DNA of 63,525 bases, counting the filler, from Octopus bimaculoides (lineage: Eukaryota): assembly GCF_001194135.2 (NCBI RefSeq). It is 6 parts of 6 records of this genome, joined end to end, with 100 filler letters (N's around TTAATTAATTAA, not from the genome) between each part and the next. Parts side by side here need not be neighbours in the genome. Positions count along the whole stretch, not along the records: positions 34,250 to 61,943 come from NC_068985.1; positions 62,044 to 63,525 come from NC_068982.1; 4 more parts are not named here. One strand, 5' to 3'. The position numbers and the translations under genes were made by a program. Within the stretch, counting starts at the first letter, position 1; every line of letters starts with the position of its first letter. The notes beneath the pieces are model-generated. The model searched no databases and was not told the DNA's origin. It saw only the letters and a program-made list of their open reading frames with translations. Positions 52,434 to 63,525 of this stretch are shown here, piece after piece.

Positions 52434-52887
52434 AATAACCATTGAGACATATTTGTTTATAGTATAGTTCGTATTTCTTTCCTACTTACGGTAGTTTAGT
52501 GCCCTGCAGTAAATTATTAAATTCATTGAAATGCACAGCCAAAAATCATTTCCAGGGATCACTTCAATGCATGAAGTGGCACTTATCTAGGTGTGTATAT
52601 ATAATTATATTAATAAAAAAAAGTATAATAATGATAATAACAATAATATAACAGCAAAAAGAACAACAACAGCAACAATAATAATAACAGTAATGATGTT
52701 GATGATGATGATGATGATGATGATGATGACAATTATAGTAATAATATTTCCTTTTTTTATAAGTTTTTTCTGTGGTTTACAGTTTTTGCTTGTCAGATAC
52801 GACCAAAAATGTAGGATTATCAGCATCATAGTGTAGATCAGAAGTTTCTACTAAGAAATAAATGGAGAGTATAAAGATGGCGTACAT

Positions 52888-53504
52888 AGGCGTAGGAGTG
52901 GGTGTGTGGTAAGTAGCTTGCTTACGAACCACATTGTTCCGTGTTCAGTCCCACTGCATGGCAACTTGGGCAAGTGTCTTCTACTATAGCCTCGCGCTGA
53001 CCAAAGCCTTGTGAGTGAACTTGGTAGACAGAAACTTAAAGAAACCTGTCGTATATATATATANNNNNNNNNNNNNNNNNNNNNNNNNNNNNNNNNNNNN
53101 NNNNNNNNNNNNNNNNNNNNNNNNNNNNNNNNNNNNNNNNNNNNNNNNNNNNNNNNNNNNNNNNNNNNNNNNNNNNNNNNNNNNNNNNNNNNNNNNNNNN
53201 NNNNNNNNNNNNNNNNNNNNNNNNNNNNNNNNNNNNNNNNNNTATATATATGTACGTGTGTGTGTGTATGTGTGTGTGTGTGTGGGTGTCTGTGTCTGTG
53301 TTTGTCCCCCCAAAATCGCTTGACAACCGATGCTAGTGTGATTACGTCCCCGTAACTTAGCGGTTCTGCAAACTCGACCGATAGAATAAGTACTAGGCTT
53401 ACGAAGAATAAGTCCTGGGGTCGATTTCCTCGACTAAAGGCGGTGCTACAGCATGGCCGCAGTCAAATGACTGAAACATCTAATTGAGTAAAAGAGTAAA
53501 AGAG
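52888..53504 (+). mobile_element. tRNA-derived SINE family A, full length with internal microsatellite and gap
   Basis: Head AGGCGTAGGAGTGG.TGTGTGGTAAG..GTTCAGTCCC; CORE-like CTTGGGCAAGTGTCTT; internal (TA)n/(TG)n; tail GCGGTGCT.CAGCATGGCCGCAGTCAAATGACTGAAAC plus (GAGTAAAA)n. Confidence 0.9.
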
Positions 53505-54860
53505 TTGAAATGAAGATACCAGATAACATTGAAAGGTGTTGGAGTGACATCTGCAGCAAAGACAAGGAGCATAAAAAGGAGGTTGAATGTTTGCAAGAAC
53601 TGAAACGAACAGTTTTGTCTCCAAACGAACTAGTTAGGGAAGCGAAGGGAATCAGCAAACATATGGGCAACTGGAAGATTTGGTAAATGTCAAGCACGAA
53701 TAGCTGCACAACTCAACACCTTGTCAAATACCGACCAAGTAATACCAGAGTGGTTGACAATGGGTAGCACAGTGCTGTGCTTGAAGAAATCATCGATAAA
53801 AAGGAATACATAGACATTTACAGGCCGACAACCTGCTTGCTACTTATGTGGACGTTATTGACTGGTATAGTCGCAGAGCCAATGTACGGATATCTGAAAC
53901 AAAAAATGGACTTCTTTCAGAAGAGCAGAATGGTTGCAAGCGTAAGTGCAGATGTAACAAGGATCAAATCTTGGTAGAGAAAACTATACTTACAGACTGC
54001 CACAGGAAAAAACTAACTTAACCATGTCATGGATCGATTATCGTAATGCGTACGATATGATCCCCCATTCTTGGGTTATTGAATGTATGAGCCTATTTGG
54101 TACTGCTTCTAATGTTGAGCGATTGCTTGGAAAAATTATGCTGAAGTGGAGTACGGAACTGACAGCATATCGAAGAAGATTATGGACAATAGAAATCAGT
54201 AGAGGCCTCTTCCAAGGTGACTGCCTGTCCCCAAGGATATTTGTACTACCCAAGATGCCACTAACATTGATTCTGCGGAAAGCAAAGGCTGGGTAGGTGT
54301 TCAAGAGCTGCCAACAGAAAGTTCGCCACTTATTATTCATGGATGGCCTCAAACTTTATGGTAAAGATGAATCCCAAATCAGTTCCCTCGTTGACACGGT
54401 GTATACTTTCAGTACTGGTATCAGATTGGCGTTTGGACTGAAAAAAGTGTAGTGTGTTAGACGTGTAGAGAAGCAAAAGCAATTATATGGAAGGGCAGCT
54501 AACAATACCGTCGGGGGAGGTTATGAAGCTGACAGAAGAGACGGCTATAAGTACTTGGGGATATTGGAAAGGGATATATACATCGAGAAAGAAATGACAG
54601 GAAGTTTTAAGGTTGGGTTTTTTCGCAGAATGTGACTGATCCTTGAGTCGAAATTAAACAAACAGAATAAGATTAAAGCTATCAACACCTGGGATGTTTC
54701 ATTCCTTAGATATAGAGCAGGGGTAATCACCTAGACGGTAGACGAACTAAATAGCTTTGAGAGAAAGGCAAGGAAGTTGCTGACTAGATGTGGGAAACTT
54801 CACCCAAAACGTGACACATACAGACTGCATATACCAAGAAAAGAATGGGGGGGGAGGCGC
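53505..54860 (+). mobile_element. R4/Dong-like (RLE-type) non-LTR retrotransposon RT fragment
   Basis: YRPTTCLLLMWTLLTGI; MSWIDYRNAYDMIPHSWVIECM; RGLFQGDCLSP; HLLFMDGLKLY; YKYLGI; KIKAINTW. Frameshifted. Confidence 0.8.
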
Positions 54861-55689
54861 AAAAATAATATAAGAGACGTCATGTCCAAATAGCAAGGTT
54901 TTTATGGACTTAAATTATGTGATAAATTTCACGTAGCACTGGTGACGCACATAGCGCACAGAAATAGCGTATTTGGGCTCAAAACATACAGTTTCTACAC
55001 CTACAGTTACATAGCGATTTCCTCTCTATTAATGTATACCTTTCAGAATTAAAGAAAGGTGTACAGGATGGTACGTTATTAAGCAATTATATTAAAGTAA
55101 CATACATAATTGCTATTGTGAAGTATCTAATTATAGACTATCGGTATGATATATTTATTATTAGTAAACTATGGCTAGTTTCTCACTGGAAAACCCTAAT
55201 AGAAGCTGCGTGATTTGAAGTTTACATGTCTGTGCATGTCTTACTAGCAACATTGTTTTGCAAATTACTGGTTTTACAATATATGACATATTTTAGGAAA
55301 AACATTACTTAATTATAAAGAAAACAAAAACAATAACGCTGTAGATTAACATTATAAAGTTATTAGATTTTATAAATGACTAATTGTTAATATTGACATT
55401 AAAGCAAATTAAGTTATATAGCTAACATGACAAGTGTCTATGAATTAATAAATTATATAACTAATTATGCTATGTTAATTAAGTTAACGTACACCTGTAT
55501 AGTTGCCAACGGCATATATAGATACTGATGTATGTCTATCAGTTGGTTTTCGCAGCGACATGTTTACTATGTACAAAAGCTTAATAGTGAAGCTGGAATC
55601 ATGGTTTAATTTTATTCGTTCGCTAACATATATATATATATATATATACTGTATTAATAAAATAGATGGAAAGAGTAATATATGTTATT

Positions 55690-55950
55690 GGGTACGACAC
55701 ATGTTTCCACTCGTTCTAGGTCTTTTCGGGTACATCAATAAAAAGTCTCACTACAGATTTCTTCAGTCGGCTTACGTACTGCTATATGTCCATCACATTC
55801 TTGGATTTGATGGACATATAGCGGTACACATTACTCTTTCCATCTATTTTATTAATACTGTTACCCCAACCGCCACTACGAAGTTCCTGCAATAAATCTA
55901 CGGATGACGACAGGTAATCCAAACTGTGCCGGTGCTTTAATCATCATCTA
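55690..55950. mobile_element. PLE terminal-repeat remnant with fold-back junction
   Basis: 55690-55795 is homologous to 28920-29035 and includes a dead hammerhead core. 55850-55950 is homologous to the reverse complement of 28770-28875. Confidence 0.55.
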
Positions 55951-55997
55951 TTTATACAATTTGTATAATTTCTCCAGACAGACGGAATGACAGATAA

Positions 55998-56076
<79 letters not shown>

Positions 56077-56749
56077 TAGAAGTGAGTGGACAAACGAACG
56101 TAAGGCACTCAACAATTTTATTTCGAGATACGTGTATGGGTCAAAAGAGATTGATTCAAATCAGTTGGCACACCAAGTTCCATGTGTGATGCTGGTCTTC
56201 AGCCATTTTGAATTTGAATGAAAGAAGCTGATTGTTATTACTGTAAGGTGGGCATCGATTGGTCGAGGAATGTCGTGCTATGGTTTGATGTTGTCATATA
56301 GGTATATGAGTCACAACAATCATTTGGAAAATATCGCATGGTGAACAGGAAATCGACCGCGTGGTAGAGAGGAAATCGACCGCGTGGTGGACGGGAAATC
56401 GCTTGGGTTGCAGGAGGAGAAGTAGGAAGAGACGGTTTATGAAAGTATATAATTGTGTGGGAGTGTTGACGTTCTCATATCGTGCATGATGGGAGCTTGC
56501 ATATCTGTACGAGCGCATGCACTGGCATGCACACACGCATACACACACACACACACACACACTTATATGAACGAATATGCACGCGCGCTCACACACAGAC
56601 ACGCATTCACACATGCTTACACATGTACGCACGCGCACGCACACAAATGCATATTTATATATATGTACATATGAATATAAGCCTGCATGTACATTAGTGC
56701 GCGCGCACTAATATACATTGGGGGTTGAAGTGCTTGTAATACTTATGGC

Positions 56750-57385
56750 ACATGGTGACTCTTCTTCAGTTGAAGGTTAGAGATAATGGTGCTGCAAGTT
56801 CATTTTACGTCTGTTGGTGCGTGCGATATTCTATGCAATGATTTCTAAGCAGGACTAGCTTACGTCAACATTATGGGGGTTGATGAATCTGTAATAGTTG
56901 TGGGCTGTAGGGAAGTGTTTCTTAATTAACTACAGGAAGCCCGTATTTACGTTGAAAGCGGGGATTGTACAATATCATTTCCATTTCCTAATTTATTTGG
57001 TGTGATAAGACGCTATTTAAGTGTTGTCCACATTCGAGAGTTTCTCAATAAAACCGCTCCTAGCCAAAGCATCGTTGTAGTGGGGGATAGTCCTGTTACA
57101 GATCTCTCTATTGGCCGAAAGATTAGATATTTCTTTGCAAACACCTGAAACCAGGTTTTTAATTATAGCGGCGGGAATACGTAGGACTCTTGTTGATGCA
57201 TACTGTTTCCTCTTTAGCTTTCCTGTACAGGTAAGACTTTTGCATATTCAGGTGTGAGGTTATATCTAAGGCACCGACCGTTATGTACAGGCCAAAATCA
57301 TTACATATTTTTATCAAGTCCTTCCTGAACCTGCCCATGGCGTGGCCGTTCATAACCCCAAGGCTTACCAATCTTCAAACGCTTA
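56750..57385 (-). mobile_element. Penelope-like RT C-terminal/thumb fragment (second family)
   Basis: LGVMNGHAMGRFRKDLIKICNDFGLYITV..LDITSHLN..YLYRK..CINK resembles the PLE RT region following the catalytic DD. Confidence 0.6.
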
Positions 57386-59099
57386 CAAATTCGGAACGCT
57401 TACCATTTTCCGAATCATGTTATATGCATGTATACTCACGCATGCTCACCCGCAAGTATACATGTGCACGCACATGCGTATCGGCGTTCGCAGTAATGCG
57501 CTTGCGTACATGCATGCATTCGTATATACATATGTACATACAAATGAATACGCATGCGTGTGCGCGTACATATATACGCATGTGTGTATGCGCGTGAGCT
57601 TGTGTTCAAGCGCATGCTTGTCTGTTCATATGTGGCGCTGGGTATATATGTATTTATAAGAGCGTTGACTTTCACTTAAAGCATTGTTGTCCAGGGGTGG
57701 GAAATAAAGGGAAAAGGAAGAATAGCAGCGAAGAATATTTTACGGCATTTTTTTTTTGTTGTTATTTTCAAAAGCAATAAGCCTTTGCACCCAAAATGTA
57801 ATTGTTCTTTGTCATTTTTTCTTAATGTGAGAAGCTTTTTCATATATATATATATACACAGTGAGTGGGAGAGCCATGGTGGGAAGGGGTTTTCCGGATG
57901 GAATCAGTATTTTTAATGAATAGCCATCTGTACTTCCAGCTTATCTTGGACGTGCTGTGAGAATGCTATAGATACCGGTATACATCTTAAGAAATATCAC
58001 ATATAGACATATGTTGCTAAAATGCACACAAAAATATCAATTGAGGAAAAATGTCAGCAACTGCAGGGGAATAGCTGAATCACGTGATTTCTGTGAGTTT
58101 CGCGTCATCATCGGCTGTCATCTATAATCGGATTATATTTAGGAGCTTTTATTTTTCTTTGAAGTACGAAAGAAATTTCACGTGTTTACGAATTTCACGC
58201 AAAACATCCGCGCCATTTTCTATAGAAGCAATATTTTCAAAAATATGTTTTACTTACTCTTTATAGCTAATTTTCAAACTCTTTGATGTAAACCTAATGC
58301 AAAGATGCAGAAACCAAACATTCCAAATTTACATTGTCATTGGCATTTAGATATATTTCAAAAACAGCTTCATTATTTGAAATATTACAGGAATGTATAC
58401 GCTATGCATGTCGAAAAGCATCTTCCACAGTATTTTTGAGAATATAACACCAATAGATTCGTTAGCATAAGATTTGTTCCGTTTTTGTAATATGTACTGT
58501 AGGCTTAATTCTTTAAGACTGATCAACTACATTTTATTGAAACCTAACCAGGAATATTTCGGTTAATTTCATTGTTAATTATATGAAATATATACCTTTT
58601 TAGTTACCCAGTTAATAACACGTTTAATTATGAAGATTAATTAAAATTCTCATCAATTTGACGTTATATAATTGACAATAATTCATACTGCTAATGACAT
58701 TAATGCATTTTATCCAAGATTTAATTAACATGCTTTGCAGCAATGTTTTAAAACAGAAAACATTTAACATGTATTAAATTATATCGAAATGTTCGAATGT
58801 GTTATATTTCATTTCATCAGTAAATATCAATTATAAAGTAAAACTATATTTATCCTTTAAAATAACAATCGTTATTTTATATCCAATTAGGTTTCGATGT
58901 CCTTTTAGATTTCGAGTACACAACAACAACACAATGCAATTGTTTTATTTTAATTAAGGAACGCGTGTATGCTGCCAAATAGTATATACATGACAACAAT
59001 ACGTTGTATGACACAGAAATGACGAGATAGATGTGATATTAATTGTGCAAACTAAAATGCCTGTTTCATATCCGCGATGTATCATGTTGAAAGTGAAGT

Positions 59100-60230
59100 G
59101 TTTTCTATTCATAGACCAGTATTGTGATGCGTCCCAACGTAAATTTTATTGACATGCAAACTCTCAACATCACAGATGTTGCAGCCTGATCCAATCGTCG
59201 TCACCAGAAGATGTTTCTAATTGACATCGGGAACTGATTTGGTGTTGCCTCCAACAAAGCCTTCTTGCACTGAGAGGATGACATTTCAGGAGTGTTGCAC
59301 AGGCAGCTTAGGAAATCCAAACCAACACTAAATTTTCAGCTCCATACTTATAAATACGCTCTTGTCTATTCTGGCGATTTTTCTCTCCAAAAAATAAAGA
59401 AAACTCTGCCCTCTTTGTAAATTCCTTTGTGCATCAGCCAGCTTCGGTGATCATCCTTTCAATTACGTCAACCTGATGGTTGCTGTTATTGAATGTATCT
59501 TATGACCATCCTACATGCCCCACATTGCAAGGATTAGATTTCAAAATACAAAACATCCAGCTTTCTATCACAACCTTCTATGTGGCAATACTACACACAC
59601 ATTCCATAACACACCCAGAATAAATCAACTAGTCAAATTGCCTTCTATTCCCTGGTAGACTCAAACCTCCTAAGTTTTCTCCTCCCTCCGCTTTTTCTCT
59701 ACCTTTGCTATAGATACCTCTTTAGCAGGGAGCTGGTTCATCACGCACTAAGGGATCTCAGACCCGTACGAATTAATTATTTAGACAATTATCTCTGCAC
59801 GTAGTAGGTATAATCCTAAAGGCCAGCTCTAAGGCTCTTGCCAATTCCTGTTTCAAGTATCCTTTTCTCTCATCATATTCACAGCCCAGATGAATCTTCC
59901 TAACAACATCCATTTTCTCTTCTTCAGCGACTCGTAACGTAAAGCAAGCATACGAACCGATGGAGAATTTTAGGAAACATGACGGAATCATTTCACCAAA
60001 AATCAAAAATATTAGGAGAGGTGTTAAAGCAAAATCGCAACGCATGTTCCTAAAGTTATTGAAAGCCAGGATTATGTTTCTTAGTATATTTCCTGCCACA
60101 CGCCTTTGGATAATTAGAAAGTAATCATTATTAAAATATATTTTTTGTACATCTGATGAAGGTTCCTGCTAGAATGTTTATTCGTTTTGGATCGTAGGAC
60201 AAACCGATATTCTAATCGGATTCATTCCCA
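59100..60230 (+). mobile_element. Highly degenerate probable PLE 3' region (GIY-YIG end plus terminal repeat)
   Basis: A 'WRILG'-like stretch and a terminal C-H motif lie upstream of a CTGATGA...GATA hammerhead-like motif at 60153-60215. Frames are broken. Confidence 0.35.
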
Positions 60231-61903
60231 ATGCTGAGAATTAATATCATAAACATTATCAAGTATATATGGAATTAAAGTATCTGAAATAAATTAGCGT
60301 TGTTGCGTTAATTAAAAGTTTTGGAAAGAATTCCCTTAATTAGAGAATGGAATGTTGACATAATAACAAAATAATTATTTTTGCAAGATATGGTTTTACA
60401 CTGCGGTCAATGAATATCAGGAGAAATAAGAATCTGAAATAATTTCGAAATTTCCGAATTAGAAATATAATTCTGATCCAAATTCATATATTACAATCGA
60501 TCGATGGTAATTCTGTCAAAATGACAGTTAAAGAAAAAGCAAGCATTTTACAATTTTAAAACCATCAAGTAACGAAATATATCTAGCTGCTTTAAAGTCA
60601 AATCCAACGGATCTTATGTTGAAAAGCAACCACTGCGAGACAGCTATTTTCATTGATTTCTAATATTTCTGACGTCAGCAATAGAAAGGTGGGACAACCA
60701 GACAACCATTGAAAATTACGTACTCCATCACATGGAATTATCTCTGCACTTTAGTGGTGACCACAAACACTATGTCTGCCGTGTTTGATTTATTGGAGAC
60801 GTACACTCTTATATCGCTCATACATTACGCTTCAAATAGAATATTCAACGAACTTTATCTTGTTAGTCTGGATATCAGCAACATTGTATAACTTCCTCCA
60901 TCACATATCTCAAGCATATATAGCCCCCTCTTACATCCAACTACTATATCAAACATTAAAGATATATTTCTAACAGGTTTTAATAAATTTCTGTTTTCTC
61001 CAGTTTTTGTTTCACCCCAAAACACTTCATTGTATACATTCTATATAGAACCTACATGTTCTGTCTTCCAAATACAACCTCTTTGATGTATATTATTCGA
61101 TTAGTCTGTAATCATGCATTCAACTCACGTAGCCTCGGTAAGAGGGAAAAGTACGCACTGATTCAATAGAGGGGACATGGCGAACATTCTCCAAGGCAGA
61201 TCTATCATTTTCCTGTAATGCATCATATCCTCAATCACTATTCATATTAGCAAGGGACATATTACTAACACTTCAATAAATATAAACGGTCTAACCAAGA
61301 TTTGTGTAGACCATAACGTATTACATGGTGAATGATCATTCTTGGTATTGCTAGGGATAATGTCTTAGCTTTGCCGTCATCATTAAAGCCAGAAGATATT
61401 TCAGTCCCATCATGATTCATGATAATCACATGCCGAAGTACTGCTCCGAAATATGAAGCGATGTTGCTAAGCGATTTGACATCTTGGATCGCAGAGGTGT
61501 ACCCAAAGTGTTTTGTACTCTTATTATTAATGAGGACACTCCAGCTTCTAGCATAAACTAAAATGTATAATAAAATGCCTTCTGCTTTTCAGTCCGTGGG
61601 GTCTCTCACCACCATCATGTGTTCTCCTGTAGCGGTTGTCATGCAACAGCTTAAATGGAAAATTAATGACGTCAACCTATATGCGTAATGACTTCATGCA
61701 AATGCCATGTTCGCTGCTGTTTTCTCTAAACTTACACAGAATAAAAGTAATTTCGAAGTGTAGTATGTGACTCTGAACAAAGACAGTAATGACGCCCTGA
61801 AGTACTTCCATCGAGTGTCTGTAGACAAATTATTAATATGCATTGAAGAAAGAAAGCAAATAAATCACTCTCTTTCTATTCCTTGAAAACAGAAACTATT
61901 TGC

Positions 61904-61935
<32 letters not shown>

Positions 61936-62043
61936 TATATATANNNNNNNNNNNNNNNNNNNNNNNNNNNNNNNNNNNNNNNNNNNNTTAATTAATTAAN
62001 NNNNNNNNNNNNNNNNNNNNNNNNNNNNNNNNNNNNNNNNNNN

Positions 62044-62102
<59 letters not shown>

Positions 62103-62414
62103 GTATGTATATACATATGAGTTTTAGTGTTGTTTAGTATATAGGTGACTGCGTGTGTGGTATGTATGTGTGTGTGTGTCTGTATGTTGCGTGTGTGTAC
62201 ATGTATGAGTTTGTGTGTATATATATACATATATCCTCATGAAACACTAGAATGCATCTCATTCTTTAAAATGATGTTATGTGCATATATATGTATACAC
62301 ATATATAAGTGTATATATGCACACATATTCATATATATATATATGTATATAAACATGCACACACATACACATATATTTATACACATATATATGCATATAT
62401 GTATACATGTATAT

Positions 62415-62469
<55 letters not shown>

Positions 62470-62700
62470 TACATACATCTATATATACATATATATATAC
62501 ATATCGATATATACGTACATACACATATATATATATATACAAGTATACATGCTCATGTAAATTTTATATGTACATACATACATATATATATACATATATA
62601 TATATATATATGTCTTCACATACATGTACACTTACATGCATGAATGCGTGAATATATAAATAATACTTATATTTAATAGTAAATATTTACACATACTTGT
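62044..62700. repeat. (TA)n/(CA)n/(TACA)n compound low-complexity region
   Basis: Direct reading. Similar tracts at 430-1010, 13320-14270, 15900-16750, 31165-31250, 40280-41400 and 52360-52430. Confidence 0.95.
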
Positions 62701-63104
62701 GCATATACACATATGCACTAATGCATACATGCATATGCATGGACAAGGTGTATGTGTATGCATGCTGCTAAACACTAAAATAAAATATGCTGTGCAGTGC
62801 TGTTGACATATTACATGGTCTTGTCTTTGGTAAAGAAGGCGAAGCAGGAACATGGCACAGACATTAGAAAAATTAGATTGTCTGTGACTATTCATGGCAA
62901 AAGGATTACAGAAATAGATTAAAAATAAACAAGTAAATAAAGTGAAAAAAAATTATTCCCCCCACCAGGAAAAAAAAACACAGACAATGAAGACAACAAA
63001 AACAGATACTGCAATAACAACAACAATGATATAAATAATATATCGAAAGCTAAACAAAATAAACAAGGTTCATATATAAATAAGATGGAATGAAATAAAA
63101 TAAT

Positions 63105-63162
<58 letters not shown>

Positions 63163-63479
63163 ATATGTATGTAGGTATATATATATATGTATGTATTGTA
63201 GTTAGATTAAACATAAATTACTTAAGTGGTCGTCCAGAAAATGGCTGCAAGAAAGAGATGAAAATGGTTTGGTCGTGGAAAAGAACTAGCTAAGGAAATT
63301 GCTCTGTAGAAATGGTGGGGCGTTTCTGACTTTCTGCCAGGGCATATACATATGCATTTGTGTTTGTGTGAGTGTCTTGTGTTTCGGCATGTGTGTGTGT
63401 ATATTTGCTGTGTTGTTGTCCCCAATCAATCTGTGTTCATGTACTTTTTGTATGTTTGTTTCATTTGTTTTTGTGCATG

Positions 63480-63525
<46 letters not shown>

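Noticed and set aside
1-63525. CRISPR array, rRNA, telomeric repeats or prokaryotic operons
   Set aside because: No regularly spaced repeat-spacer units, rRNA-like sequence, (TTAGGG)n or dense intron-less ORFs were seen.

Overview
Eukaryotic, AT-rich, microsatellite-dense genomic DNA from a draft assembly. The SINE families and repeat density point to an octopod cephalopod (Octopus; inferred from recall, not searched). The window is six blocks joined by five identical artificial 100-bp linkers (44 N + TTAATTAATTAA + 44 N). The only recognisable host gene is a minus-strand fragment of CEP131/AZI1: six exons, 283 codons, with splice phases that join correctly. It is cut by linkers at both ends and carries an intron-containing tRNA-Leu(CAA)-like gene in one intron. 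The rest is mobile-element debris: at least four tRNA-derived SINE families, CR1-like, RTE and R4/Dong-like LINE fragments, Penelope-like elements (PLEs) and a hAT MITE with an 8-bp TSD. The best lead is a composite element at about 46.4-47.0 kb: tRNA-like Pol III head + (AAT)n + tail containing a minimal hammerhead ribozyme, preceded by an inverted copy of that tail. It looks like a SINE-like element with Penelope-type ends. Further hammerhead-like motifs mark other PLE terminal repeats. The dominant SINE shares its 3' stem-loop with a CR1-like LINE present in the same window. No CRISPR, rRNA or prokaryotic features were seen.
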